A stretch of DNA of 64,000 nucleotides from a virus. Its lineage: Duplodnaviria > Caudoviricetes. Where the stretch lies: the IMG/VR virus record IMGVR_UViG_3300029288_006559, positions 32,001 through 96,000 of that record, one strand, 5' to 3'. This document shows, in pieces, positions 39,523 through 49,452 of this stretch. A program made the translations under genes and the position numbers. Position 1 is the stretch's first letter; each line of letters starts with the position of its first letter. The notes beneath the pieces were generated by a model, which ran no database searches, was not told the origin of the DNA, and saw nothing but the letters and a program-made list of their open reading frames with translations.

Positions 39523-40329
39523 ATGAATATAGATTTTAATAGAGTTAAAACAATTATAATGGATCAATTGCAAGAATATTCTTCTATCTCTTCTTTGACT
39601 GGACATGAAGAGCAAATGGTGCATAAAGTTTCCAAGACATTTCTACCAGTACACCCTCTCCATGAATTCTATTCTGTTACAAAAAAGGGAAAGCCATATT
39701 GTGCTTATATTACTTCTTCCATTACACCTCCAAAATATGTTTTAGTTACTCATTTAGATAGGGTATGCAGTCCTTCGGGGAAACCTTACAACACACTTCC
39801 CAAAGATTATAATTCTTTTGTAACAGGTCAATTAGATGATATTATTGGAATTGCCATTGCTTATTATGTGTATATGTTTTCTAAGCAGCCTGTTTCTGTT
39901 TTGTTTACTACGAGAGAAGAGGTTAAACATTCTTGGCATCAAATAAAAATGTTTTTAAAAGCTTATTCTTCTGCACATCATCAAATCGTTCCCATAGGGA
40001 TTGACATTGATATTTTTAAAGCTTTTCCTGTAATGACCGGTACTATTAGTCTAAGACGTAGAGACGAAGATGGAGATATGTGTGCCAAGCAGGTATCTTT
40101 ATTTCAAAAGCAAGCAGACCATCTTTCTATTCCCTGGACAGCTACTGAGGGAATGGCTATTACAGAGATAGGAGCATTAGCTAGATATACAAAAAATAAA
40201 CTACAGGGAATACATATAGGCTTACCTTTACGTAATTATCATACAGATGACGAAGAGGTGCAATGGGCTGCAGTTTTTAATGTTATTAAGTTAATTATTT
40301 CGGTTTTGTCAATTACATCATCATCTTAA
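39523..40329 (+). CDS. M28/M42-like zinc peptidase
   Basis: SLTGHE, THLD, LDD, REE, IDID and NYHT metal ligands in order. Confidence 0.72.
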   Translation: MNIDFNRVKTIIMDQLQEYSSISSLTGHEEQMVHKVSKTFLPVHPLHEFYSVTKKGKPYCAYITSSITPPKYVLVTHLDRVCSPSGKPYNTLPKDYNSFVTGQLDDIIGIAIAYYVYMFSKQPVSVLFTTREEVKHSWHQIKMFLKAYSSAHHQIVPIGIDIDIFKAFPVMTGTISLRRRDEDGDMCAKQVSLFQKQADHLSIPWTATEGMAITEIGALARYTKNKLQGIHIGLPLRNYHTDDEEVQWAAVFNVIKLIISVLSITSSS

Positions 40330-40349
40330 ACTTTTTATGGAGATACATT

Positions 40350-40970
40350 ATGCCAATCGGTCAAAAAACAACTTTTGATCCTGTACCCGACGGTACTTAT
40401 TTACTACGCGTAACAGATTGTACGGAACGCAGTAGAAAAGACGATTCTTCGCAGGTTTTTCATTCATGGTCATTTGAAGTAATGAATGATTGTGAAGAAG
40501 CCGGAAGAAGGGTTTCTATTGCTATGCCATCTGATATGGCTGTAGGTTCAAAGCTCGAAAAAATGTGGTTAGCAATTGGATTACCTGCTCTTGCTTTAGG
40601 TGAAGGCTTTGATACCGACGATGCTCTAGGAGGAGAATTTTACGCTCGCGTTGTTGTTAAGCAGAGGAAAGGGAACGCAGGTACTAAAAACGAGTTTGAA
40701 AGTATCTGGTCTATAGAAGAGTATGAGAAGGAGATTGCAAAAGCTACTTCTGGAAGACGTTCGTCCTCCCCTTCTACATCATCCCGAACAACTAATACAG
40801 CTAGAGTTTCTTCTGCAGAACAGGAAGAACCTGAAGATAATGGAGGAGAGGCAGGTTCAGGAGAGGGGGAATCTTCTAATGCTGCACCTCGACGGCCTGC
40901 TGCACCTCAACGACCTGCCGGAAAATCGCTATTATTTCCTAAAGGCGGCGCAGGGAGTTTAAAGAAATAG
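40350..40970 (+). CDS. DUF669-like single-stranded DNA-binding protein
   Basis: FDPVPDGTY.L.V OB-fold pattern plus long disordered tail. Confidence 0.65.
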   Translation: MPIGQKTTFDPVPDGTYLLRVTDCTERSRKDDSSQVFHSWSFEVMNDCEEAGRRVSIAMPSDMAVGSKLEKMWLAIGLPALALGEGFDTDDALGGEFYARVVVKQRKGNAGTKNEFESIWSIEEYEKEIAKATSGRRSSSPSTSSRTTNTARVSSAEQEEPEDNGGEAGSGEGESSNAAPRRPAAPQRPAGKSLLFPKGGAGSLKK

Positions 40971-41016
40971 TATGACCTATAATGGAGAGCCGTAACTCTC
41001 TTTATAGTATATTTTT

Positions 41017-41397
41017 ATGATTAAAGAAAAAAAGTTAACAAAAAAACGTATTAGACAACTTGAAAAAAGAGTTCGTAACAAGAAACTTAAGGTTTGGGCT
41101 AATACTGTAAAAGATAGAGATAATCGCAAGTGTGCATTTTGCGGTGTAGAGAAGCTTTTGAACGCTCATCACATCGTTCCTAGACAGATTAAGGAATTTA
41201 TGGATGATGTAAATAATGGTATTTCTTTGTGTCCAAAACATCATAAATTTAGTTCTGAATTTTCTGCACATAAGAATCCCTTTGCTTTTTTTCTCTGGTT
41301 TTGTAAAACACGTCCGCAGCAATTTCAAAAGCTTGCAGAGGACTGGGAAAAGTATCTTGTTAGGGGGCGTTTAGAACTTTTAAGGAAAATAAAATGA
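41017..41397 (+). CDS. HNH endonuclease
   Basis: VKDRDNRKCAFCG...AHHI...NGISLCPKHH. Confidence 0.85.
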   Translation: MIKEKKLTKKRIRQLEKRVRNKKLKVWANTVKDRDNRKCAFCGVEKLLNAHHIVPRQIKEFMDDVNNGISLCPKHHKFSSEFSAHKNPFAFFLWFCKTRPQQFQKLAEDWEKYLVRGRLELLRKIK

Positions 41398-41684
41398 TTA
41401 TTACAAAACATTACGAAATAGGGATAACAGGTAAGTTTCAGAGTCGTAGATTTGGAACTACTCTTACAGTTGATGCTGATAAGATATCTTGGGATCAAGC
41501 AGCACCTGTAGCTGAAGATTTACAGAAATTGTGTATAAAGTTAGTTGAAAACGATATTAAAGCTATGCGTAGGGCAGATCCTAATTTTAGTATAATAGAA
41601 GCCGCTGCTCAAGAGGAACTTGATAAGTTTGTAAAGTATCAAGAAGGAGTAAAAAAATCTGAAGACAAGAGGCGTCCGTTATGA
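41394..41684 (+). CDS. hypothetical protein
   Basis: 96-aa ORF, ATGA overlaps. Confidence 0.6.
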   Translation: MIITKHYEIGITGKFQSRRFGTTLTVDADKISWDQAAPVAEDLQKLCIKLVENDIKAMRRADPNFSIIEAAAQEELDKFVKYQEGVKKSEDKRRPL

Positions 41685-42223
41685 TTATTTCGGTTTGTAT
41701 AATTGCGTTGTTACTTATTTGGGGATATTTTAGATATTTAGGCCCTGTATTCATTACATATCAAAAAATACATCCTCATGCAATTGCACCTACAAGAGCT
41801 TATCATAGAGCTGCTTGCTGGGATGTATATTCTAATATTAACTGGACAATACCTGCAGGGTGTTGGCAAGAAATTAATACGGGGTTAAAATTTGCCCCCG
41901 CTTTTCACTTTCATATTCCTTTTTTAAATTGGACTATTACTCCTTTGGGTAATATTGCGGGGCGTATTTTTACACGGTCGGGGCTTGCATCTCGTAGAGG
42001 AATAAGATGTCATTTAGGTATTATAGATAATGATTATCGAGGGGAGTGGACAATTATTATGTATAATCACGGGAAAGATCCTGTAAGAATTCGTACAGGA
42101 GATAAAGTAGCTCAAATTGATTTTTATAGAGTTCCTTCTACTTATATGTTTAAGGTAGGAAAATTATCTAAATCTGTAAGGGGAGAAAAGGGATTTGGTA
42201 GTTCGGATAAGGTACAAAAATGA
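41681..42223 (+). CDS. dut: trimeric dUTPase with N-terminal transmembrane helix
   Basis: RSGLA, GIIDNDYRGE, GDKVAQ, RGEKGFGSS; N-terminal MIISVCIIALLLIWGYF. Confidence 0.9.
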   Translation: MIISVCIIALLLIWGYFRYLGPVFITYQKIHPHAIAPTRAYHRAACWDVYSNINWTIPAGCWQEINTGLKFAPAFHFHIPFLNWTITPLGNIAGRIFTRSGLASRRGIRCHLGIIDNDYRGEWTIIMYNHGKDPVRIRTGDKVAQIDFYRVPSTYMFKVGKLSKSVRGEKGFGSSDKVQK

Positions 42224-42882
42224 AAATAATAAAACAATCTGCGACATTAGAATTTATTACTCCAAATGCATTACAGGTTATAGAGAAAGCTGGAAGAACA
42301 TGTTATAAATCCGAAGATCTTATAACTAAGGAATCTGCAGAAGAATTCGTTAAAAAGATACTTGAAAGCGGACACGAATCTGTATTAGAGCATGCTTATG
42401 CTTCTTTTAGGTTTATTACTGATAGAGGTGTAACTCATGAAATGGTAAGGCATAGGCTTGTTTCTTATTCTCAGGAATCTACTCGTTATTGTAATTACAG
42501 TAAAGACAAATTTGGGAATGAAATTACAATCATTCTTCCTGTTAGGTTCAATCAAGTTAAAATAATATCTTCTGATGAGAGGTGGATTGACGATTTACCC
42601 GAAGATAAATTTTCAAAATTTCAAAATTGGTTTAAGGGTTGTTATAATGCTCAAGTTGCTTATTTACAGGCTTTACAGTTAGGTGATACTCCCCAAGAAG
42701 CCAGAGATTTATTACCGAATTCATTGAAAACCGAAATTGTAATGACCACTAATTTTAGAGAGTGGAGACACTTTTTTAAGTTAAGAACTTCACCAAAAGC
42801 ACATCCTCAAATGAGAGGTTTAGCAGCGCAGGCATTAGATATAATTAGGAAAGAAGTTGAAGTAGTATTTGACAATTTATGA
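42220..42882 (+). CDS. thyX: FAD-dependent thymidylate synthase
   Basis: GHESVLEH, RGVTHEMVRHR, SQESTRY, ARDLLPN, NFREWRHF, AHPQMR. Confidence 0.95.
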   Translation: MKIIKQSATLEFITPNALQVIEKAGRTCYKSEDLITKESAEEFVKKILESGHESVLEHAYASFRFITDRGVTHEMVRHRLVSYSQESTRYCNYSKDKFGNEITIILPVRFNQVKIISSDERWIDDLPEDKFSKFQNWFKGCYNAQVAYLQALQLGDTPQEARDLLPNSLKTEIVMTTNFREWRHFFKLRTSPKAHPQMRGLAAQALDIIRKEVEVVFDNL

Positions 42883-44096
42883 TAAAATCTTTATACATAC
42901 GAAATTTTCAGTCTCACAAGGACACCGCTCTTGATTTATCTCCTTTAGTTACTGCTATAGTAGGTCTTAACAATCATGGGAAGTCTGCTGTATTGAGAGC
43001 TTTTCAGAAGGTAATAAGAAATGTTCCTACTGGAAATACTTTTATAACAGATGGAGAAAAACAGTGTGATATTACTCTTTCTACAGATTCGGGTAAGGTT
43101 TGTAGGAGTGTAAAAAATATTGCTGCTTCAGATGCTAATAAATATACTATAAACGATAAAGAAGATTATGTAAAGTTCGATACTGAAATTCCCGCTGAAG
43201 TTTTGCCTTTAATGGAAACTTCCCTTATTCAGAAGTTCGGTGATATAGAGGTGGATTTTAATTTTCAACCTCAATTGGAAGATCTTTTTCTTATGCAAGG
43301 GGATGGATTACCTTCAAAAAGAGGTAAAATCCTAGGTAGTGTAACGGGAGTTGATATTGTAAATAGAGCTATTCAATTGTGCGCTTCTGCGATTAAATCT
43401 GCGAAAAGCAGTAATACTCGTAACGAGCAACAGATTATAGATATTGATCAAAAGTTAGAAGCTTACAAAAATCTTTCCGCCCTATCTTCTCAAGTAACAA
43501 CTCTTCTGGCTAATAAAGAATATTATCAAGAACTTTCTTCCAAGTTAGTAGAGCATCGTAGTATTTTATCTTCTCTTGAATCTTTAGTTGCTCAGGCAAT
43601 TAAAGCTACAAAAGTTGTGGATAGCATAGATGAGAAAAGTTTAGTTAATACCTTACGGGATGTTCAGTCTCTGCATCAAAAGATTCAAGTTAGTCGTTTA
43701 CTTTGGTCTTTACAAACAAGAATTCAAAAGCAAGATTATGTTATTCAAATAGCCGTTGTTCCTGATACTTCGTTTATAGAAAATTGCATACGTAGAGGAA
43801 AGTTATTACAAAATCTTTATTTATTAAGCCAGCAAATAACTCAAGCTTATAGCATTATAGATATTGCAAAAACTATCTCTATATCGGCTGATAGAGCTGA
43901 AAAGGTAAAAGAGATTCAAAAAAAGGAACAACAGTATACTGATATTTATAATACTTTAAAACAGATAAAGAAAAAAAGTGAAGGGCAAGAGCAGGGTATT
44001 TTTATTTTAAATGGTGAACTTGAAAAAGTAGAACAAGAAAAGAAAGCCTTAGAGCAAGAGCTTGGGGTATGCCCGTTGTGTGGGAGAGCGTTTTGA
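42879..44096 (+). CDS. SbcC/Rad50-like ATPase, N-terminal half (Walker A to zinc hook)
   Basis: NFQSH, GLNNHGKS, coiled coil, ends CPLCGRAF. Confidence 0.85.
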   Translation: MIKSLYIRNFQSHKDTALDLSPLVTAIVGLNNHGKSAVLRAFQKVIRNVPTGNTFITDGEKQCDITLSTDSGKVCRSVKNIAASDANKYTINDKEDYVKFDTEIPAEVLPLMETSLIQKFGDIEVDFNFQPQLEDLFLMQGDGLPSKRGKILGSVTGVDIVNRAIQLCASAIKSAKSSNTRNEQQIIDIDQKLEAYKNLSALSSQVTTLLANKEYYQELSSKLVEHRSILSSLESLVAQAIKATKVVDSIDEKSLVNTLRDVQSLHQKIQVSRLLWSLQTRIQKQDYVIQIAVVPDTSFIENCIRRGKLLQNLYLLSQQITQAYSIIDIAKTISISADRAEKVKEIQKKEQQYTDIYNTLKQIKKKSEGQEQGIFILNGELEKVEQEKKALEQELGVCPLCGRAF

Positions 44097-44170
44097 GTAA
44101 AACGTTAGAAGCACGGGATATAGAAGAAAGATCGAGACTCTATTTAGTTACACGACAGCAGAGAAAATAA

Positions 44171-45148
44171 ATGAAATTAGGATTCTTTACAGATACTCAC
44201 ATAAGAGCAGATTCTCCGGAAGGAAGAACTGATAATTTTCGTCAATCTATTTTGACCAAATTAGAAGAAATAGGCCAAATTTGGAAGGACAATTCTGTAA
44301 GTGTTGTCTTATTTGGCGGGGATTTATTTCATACCCCTGATGTTGCAAAAAGCGTGATTAATGATGTAATTCCTATTTTTAGATCCTGGCAATTACCTAT
44401 TATTGGCGTAGTGGGTAGTCATGATTATTTCGGTTATCAACTAAAGAGTCTTAAACGTACTGCTTTAGGACATTTTGTTAATTTTGGATGTATCCAACTT
44501 GTTGGGGATGAAGATTTAATACCTGAAATTAATTTAGAGATTCATGTAGGGGATGGTATATTCATTACAGGAACTAGTCATAGCTATTGGTTTGCAGATA
44601 CTCCTACTATCTGTAATAAAACTATAGAAGATGGATCTACAGTAAAATATCAAATTCAGTTGGTACATGGGGATTTGTTCAATACCTCCGTTCCTTGGCC
44701 TCATATCTTGACTTCACAAGTAAAAACAGAGTCTGATTTAGTTTTGTCTGGTCACATTCACTCTGGTTGGCCAAATAAAATTATTAAGCATGGAAACACA
44801 AAGTTTGTAAACCCTGGAGGAGTGGCCCGTTTAGAAAATACAGGTGTACAAAGAATTCCAATGGTTTGTACTATCGACGTGTATATTAATAATAAAAAAG
44901 AAACTAATATGGATTCTAAAATAGATTTTATTCCATTGATGAGTGCACTTCCACACCCCTTTAAAGAAAAAGTAGTTAAAGAAGAAGAAACTATTCAAGA
45001 CGTTTCTAAGCTTATCCAGTTAATTTCTTCTACTAAAATTGAGGCTATTGATATTAAAGCTCAACTTCCAGTAGCTGCTAAGGAACTTAAGATGTCTAAA
45101 CAAGTTTTGGAAAGGGCTTTTGAATTTATTGAAAGTGTTCCCACATGA
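44171..45148 (+). CDS. sbcD: SbcD/Mre11-like nuclease
   Basis: TDTH, GGDLFH, GSHD, LVHG, SGHIH, NPGG. Confidence 0.88.
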   Translation: MKLGFFTDTHIRADSPEGRTDNFRQSILTKLEEIGQIWKDNSVSVVLFGGDLFHTPDVAKSVINDVIPIFRSWQLPIIGVVGSHDYFGYQLKSLKRTALGHFVNFGCIQLVGDEDLIPEINLEIHVGDGIFITGTSHSYWFADTPTICNKTIEDGSTVKYQIQLVHGDLFNTSVPWPHILTSQVKTESDLVLSGHIHSGWPNKIIKHGNTKFVNPGGVARLENTGVQRIPMVCTIDVYINNKKETNMDSKIDFIPLMSALPHPFKEKVVKEEETIQDVSKLIQLISSTKIEAIDIKAQLPVAAKELKMSKQVLERAFEFIESVPT

Positions 45149-45477
45149 AAAAGTTACTTACTAAATTTATGCGAGGGAAACAGACCTCGTCTTCTAATTC
45201 CAGTTCTAATACAGGAGATTCTTTTATGTCGTCAGCAAAACCTACTACCGTTACAATTCGTTATCATAATGAAAAAGACGAAAAGTTTGAATGTGTCTAT
45301 GCAAAGCCAGGAGCCGGGGCTTTGATTGTTGCTAATAAGTTATCAGGCTATACCGATCGTTGGCAATTTCGTTATATTCCCTTTTCCAACCCGGAGATTG
45401 TGGATATTGTTGTCGAGAGCGAGTCAAAAGAAGGAAAAGGTCACTATCATAGTCGCAACAGAGATGAAGATATTTAG
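45145..45477 (+). CDS. hypothetical protein
   Basis: 110-aa ORF. Confidence 0.5.
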   Translation: MKKLLTKFMRGKQTSSSNSSSNTGDSFMSSAKPTTVTIRYHNEKDEKFECVYAKPGAGALIVANKLSGYTDRWQFRYIPFSNPEIVDIVVESESKEGKGHYHSRNRDEDI

Positions 45478-45600
45478 AAAAATCATTTGTTGGTTGTTTC
45501 ATCGGAATGAAGGTTTAATTCCTATTCGGCCGGGTTCAAGCGTCTGTAAGTGTGTTAAATGTGGTTGCGAATGGGTTAAGAGTTATTAATAGGAGGAAGT

Positions 45601-46050
45601 ATGTTTGCAATTCATAAGTCTTTTAGTTGGGATATGGGGCATCGTATTAGCCAGCACGGAGGAAAATGTTTTTCTCCGCACGGTCATCGTTATAATGCCA
45701 CCGTTTGGCTTGGGGGGGTGCTTGGCGATAAAGGTATGGTAATGGATTTTTATCGGCTTTCTCAGATAGTTGACCCTATTGTTGAAGAGCTAGACCATGC
45801 CTTTATGGTATATGAAAAAGATGATGTAATGCGGTGGTTTTTCAGTGAGTGTAATAAGGAGGATCGTTGTTCTATATTACAAAAGCCCGAACGTCCCTTT
45901 AAAGTCAAGGTCGTTCCTTTTGAGTCTACAGCTGAGAACATTGCAAAGTATATTTTTGATAGGGTTTACGAAAAAACTCCTAATGTTGTTAAAGTAGAAG
46001 TTTGGGAGACTCCAAAATGTTGTGCTGTTTATGAGATTAATCTTGCCTGA
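45601..46050 (+). CDS. queD: 6-carboxy-5,6,7,8-tetrahydropterin synthase
   Basis: MGHR...C..PHGHRY, MVMDF, LDHA, STAENIA, VWETP. Confidence 0.93.
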   Translation: MFAIHKSFSWDMGHRISQHGGKCFSPHGHRYNATVWLGGVLGDKGMVMDFYRLSQIVDPIVEELDHAFMVYEKDDVMRWFFSECNKEDRCSILQKPERPFKVKVVPFESTAENIAKYIFDRVYEKTPNVVKVEVWETPKCCAVYEINLA

Positions 46051-46337
46051 TGCCTGTAGGAAAGAAAATAGAAGGTACTGATTGGATTGAAGATCCTAAA
46101 TTATTACAGGCCTTTATTCAGCGTCTGGATGATGCTATAGATTCAGGAGTTGATTTAGATTTTGCTTGGGCTAGGACGGTAAAAGCTAATGCTTTAAAGC
46201 ATAAAAGATATTCTCTAGGTCAAGAATGGGCTTTACAAAAACTAGAAACTAGAATAGATAATTTGTTAAGTGATAGATCCTACGATGATGGTGATCTCTT
46301 TGGCGTTGGCCCTGATTATTCAAGTTATTATGATTGA
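46050..46337 (+). CDS. hypothetical protein
   Basis: 95 aa, coupled to queD. Confidence 0.55.
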   Translation: MPVGKKIEGTDWIEDPKLLQAFIQRLDDAIDSGVDLDFAWARTVKANALKHKRYSLGQEWALQKLETRIDNLLSDRSYDDGDLFGVGPDYSSYYD

Positions 46338-46346
46338 GGAAAATTT

Positions 46347-46613
46347 ATGAGTCAAGATAATGCACAAAAGTTACAGCAGCTTCAAAAGCGAATTGAAGAG
46401 ATAAAGCAGAGAAAAACATCTGCGGAAGCTGAAGTAAAATTATTGCATCAACGTTATGAAGAAGAGGTGGTAAAGGCGAAAGAGCTAGGTATTGAAAACG
46501 TTGATGATCTTCCTACTTTAATTAATCAACAGGAAGAAGAGGAACAAACACAGCTTCAGAATCTTGAAGCAGAAGTCAATTCTGTTGAGCAAGCTTTACA
46601 AGAGAATTCTTAA
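46347..46613 (+). CDS. coiled-coil protein, possible third piece of the split SbcC
   Basis: 88-aa heptad-rich ORF, TAATG-coupled to the SbcC C-terminal gene. Confidence 0.6.
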   Translation: MSQDNAQKLQQLQKRIEEIKQRKTSAEAEVKLLHQRYEEEVVKAKELGIENVDDLPTLINQQEEEEQTQLQNLEAEVNSVEQALQENS

Positions 46614-47317
46614 TGCCTTTATCTAAGAATACAGAATCTCGTATTAGAAACGTTGAGCTACTCCTAACTCGTAGGGTAGCTCAAAGAGATACTTTTTTGT
46701 CTCAGAAAAAAGAGTTGCAAGATCTCTTAAAAAAGACGCAAGAACAGATGAGTGTAGATACTCAAGTTCAAAAGTTATTAGAGGTGTTTGTTAAATCTAC
46801 TGAAGGCTACGTAAGGCAATATTTAGAGCCTTTAATAACAGAAGCTTTAGATTTTGTTTTCAATCAAGGCCTTTATTTCCATCTCTTATTTGTAACTCGT
46901 AGAAATCAGGTAGAAATTGATTTCATTCTTCTTAGGGATGATGTATCCGAAGAACAATATCAGAAGTTCTTACTTGAACCTAATAAATATGCGAAACAAT
47001 TAGAAGGATTGGTAAAAGAAACAAAACAGATAAATTATATGTATGGGGGAGCTATAAATCAAGTTATTGCTTTAGTGCTTCGTTTGATTTTAGCTGAGCT
47101 TTTACAAATACAAGGACCTATTTTTCTAGATGAACCTTCAAGTGCAGTGGGAGAAGAATACAGTGCAAGACTTGGCCAATTGATTTCATCTCTTAGTAGT
47201 AGATTCAATCGTCAGTATGTGTTAGTTACCCATTCTCATAGTTTAGCTAGTTATGCAGATATTATTTATGAGGTTGAAAAAATTAATAATGTAAGTCAAA
47301 TCAGTGTTAAGGAATAG
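46613..47317 (+). CDS. SbcC/Rad50-like ATPase, C-terminal half
   Basis: Signature-like YGGA, Walker B IFLDEP, H-loop LVTHS; no Walker A. Confidence 0.85.
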   Translation: MPLSKNTESRIRNVELLLTRRVAQRDTFLSQKKELQDLLKKTQEQMSVDTQVQKLLEVFVKSTEGYVRQYLEPLITEALDFVFNQGLYFHLLFVTRRNQVEIDFILLRDDVSEEQYQKFLLEPNKYAKQLEGLVKETKQINYMYGGAINQVIALVLRLILAELLQIQGPIFLDEPSSAVGEEYSARLGQLISSLSSRFNRQYVLVTHSHSLASYADIIYEVEKINNVSQISVKE

Positions 47318-47321
47318 AGAT

Positions 47322-47534
47322 ATGTCAAAAATAATTGAAACTATAGCAGAAGCAAGTTGGAAATCCTGTAGGGAAGAAGTTCGCGGTCCAGATGGGAGTA
47401 TTTCAGTTGCTAATGAAGGGCAGGCTTGTATAACCCTTACTCCTCGGTGGGGTAATTGGGGAAGTACTTTAGAAGACGGGACTAAGTTAGAAGCTGGAAA
47501 GTGTTATAAAATTACTATTGAGGTGGAGGAATAA
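47322..47534 (+). CDS. hypothetical protein
   Basis: AAGGA RBS before ATG 47322. Confidence 0.5.
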   Translation: MSKIIETIAEASWKSCREEVRGPDGSISVANEGQACITLTPRWGNWGSTLEDGTKLEAGKCYKITIEVEE

Positions 47535-47537
47535 AAT

Positions 47538-47774
47538 ATGTCTTCTAATATAGAGGTTAAGGTAATAGGTCATGTAGGAGAAGGTGTTCCTACTATTGCA
47601 TCTGAAATAGCTCAAGCTCTTAGATTGCTCGGGTTTAAGGTAACGATTGGGGGTAAATTAAAAAAGGAAGTTCCTCAAGGATCGCTTTCGCAAACAAAAA
47701 GAGTGAAGGCAATGGTATCTTCTATAGAAAACCACATAAAGATTATATGCGAGCAGCTTCCAAGGAAAGTGTAA
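47538..47774 (+). CDS. hypothetical protein
   Basis: 78 aa, GGAGGA RBS. Confidence 0.55.
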   Translation: MSSNIEVKVIGHVGEGVPTIASEIAQALRLLGFKVTIGGKLKKEVPQGSLSQTKRVKAMVSSIENHIKIICEQLPRKV

Positions 47775-47775
47775 T

Positions 47776-48156
47776 ATGCTGGAAAAAGTTAAATTATTCT
47801 TGTCTTTTGTAAGATCTTTATTTCCTCAAAAACAGGTAAAGATTCTTAATTCGTTGTGCTTAAAGTTCTACAAGGGTAACCAAATTACATATTTACAGGG
47901 TACTAATTTTAGACAATTTCGCTTACCATCTTATGTAAAGATAGGAGTACCGAAGGGTAAGTATTTTATTGCAAATGTTTCAAATACTTCTATTACTTTA
48001 ATAGCCGATGGGTATGGGGCGCTTTTGGATAATGAGTTTTGTTTAAAAGGTATTTATGGAAAAGGACCTTTAATAATTTTAACTAAAAACCTTCCGGTAG
48101 ATGTAAAAAGATTTTTTTATTCTCTACAGCATAAGAAATTAAGAGGTAGAGAATAA
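47776..48156 (+). CDS. hypothetical protein
   Basis: 126 aa, in operon. Confidence 0.5.
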   Translation: MLEKVKLFLSFVRSLFPQKQVKILNSLCLKFYKGNQITYLQGTNFRQFRLPSYVKIGVPKGKYFIANVSNTSITLIADGYGALLDNEFCLKGIYGKGPLIILTKNLPVDVKRFFYSLQHKKLRGRE

Positions 48157-48683
48157 TGCCGAAAGTTCCTCTGCAAATAGACAACACAGGTAATGTTATA
48201 GCCCCTGATTTTTGTCCCTACAAAGTACCTCAATATGAATACGGTGTTATAAATGCGCCTTGCCTACAACCTACTGGAAAATTTGTCGTTCGCCCAGGAG
48301 TTTGTTGTGTATGTAAGAAATGTGAGTTTATACCTGATGTTGATGTTGTGGAGGCATCTTTACCTACTCAAGTTGAAAGAGAAAAGTTTCAAGAATATTT
48401 AGCTCATACAAATTTAAAAACCTCCACGAGTCTTTCTGGGCAACATCAGTATTTGATGAAACAAGATAGACTACCTATAGCTATTTTTATTAGCAGAACA
48501 CTTTATGATGAAATGGTAAAGAGTGTTATTGAAGATGAAAAGCGAAGACGTTCTTTATTAGGGTATTTTTTAACAGAAGAATCTTACATTTGCCTTTGCC
48601 ATGTTTTAGGATGTCCTGTATATTTGTCGAAAAAGTTAACTAAATCGAACATTCAAGTTGTAGGAGAAATAGAATGGAAATGA
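48156..48683 (+). CDS. Cys-rich hypothetical protein
   Basis: 175 aa, CCVCKKC. Confidence 0.55.
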   Translation: MPKVPLQIDNTGNVIAPDFCPYKVPQYEYGVINAPCLQPTGKFVVRPGVCCVCKKCEFIPDVDVVEASLPTQVEREKFQEYLAHTNLKTSTSLSGQHQYLMKQDRLPIAIFISRTLYDEMVKSVIEDEKRRRSLLGYFLTEESYICLCHVLGCPVYLSKKLTKSNIQVVGEIEWK

Positions 48684-49141
48684 CAAAAAAACAACAAAAA
48701 GTTTATGTGGATATTCTTAATAGCTATCCCGAGTTAAAATCGGAGGTAATTGAAACTATTTTTACATTGGGCATAAAAGCTGGTATGGAGGTAGTTGATT
48801 CAAAAGCAACGTCGGGGTTACATCCTACAGAGGAAAAATATCCAGAACAGACAACTGCTTTTAGATATATGTTAGATCAAATGTATGAACTTCACTTAGT
48901 TAAGAATCAAGATTATAGCCCGAGCAATATCAATGGTGTTGGTATGATAGGTCTAGCCACCAGGCTTTGGGACAAGACCGTAAGAGTTATGAATTTGTTA
49001 GGATTTAACATTGAAGCTAGACTTATTAGTTATGATGTTGCTAAAGAACCAAAGAATGAAAGCCTAGAAGATACTTTTATTGATTTAGCAAATTATGGTG
49101 TTATTGGTCGTTTGATGATGATTGGAAAGTGGGGAAAATGA
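48674..49141 (+). CDS. nucleotide-modification-associated domain 1 (Nmad1/DUF1599-like) protein
   Basis: KNQDY...RLWDK..R..NL...ESLEDTFIDLANYGVI. Confidence 0.78.
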   Translation: MEMTKKQQKVYVDILNSYPELKSEVIETIFTLGIKAGMEVVDSKATSGLHPTEEKYPEQTTAFRYMLDQMYELHLVKNQDYSPSNINGVGMIGLATRLWDKTVRVMNLLGFNIEARLISYDVAKEPKNESLEDTFIDLANYGVIGRLMMIGKWGK

Positions 49142-49398
49142 TGGACGCAAGAGAAACACACAGCTTATGGTTTTGGTTAAAACATCACCGTAAGGTTCCA
49201 ATACGAATAATAAGGGGAGAATATTTTTGGCATGATTCTTTTGGTAAGTACTGGAATAGATTTCTTGGGTGTAGGCTGCGTGGGCATAAGTTAAGGCAAT
49301 GGATTGATGTAGATAATGGTAAAAAACAGTTATATTGTTTTGCCTGTGGAAAGTACCTTTCAGTAAGAATACCGCATGATAGAGTCTATATCTTTTAA
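49138..49398 (+). CDS. hypothetical protein
   Basis: ATGA overlap; CRLRGH...CFACG. Confidence 0.5.
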   Translation: MMDARETHSLWFWLKHHRKVPIRIIRGEYFWHDSFGKYWNRFLGCRLRGHKLRQWIDVDNGKKQLYCFACGKYLSVRIPHDRVYIF

Positions 49399-49452
49399 CA
49401 ATCTTTGAGAACTTGAAATTTCATATCCTTTACTCTATATATTAGATAGAGT

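Noticed and set aside
44097-44170. Frameshift or intron joining the SbcC halves
   Set aside because: The halves are 2.5 kb apart with intact unrelated genes between them; no slippery site or intron features seen
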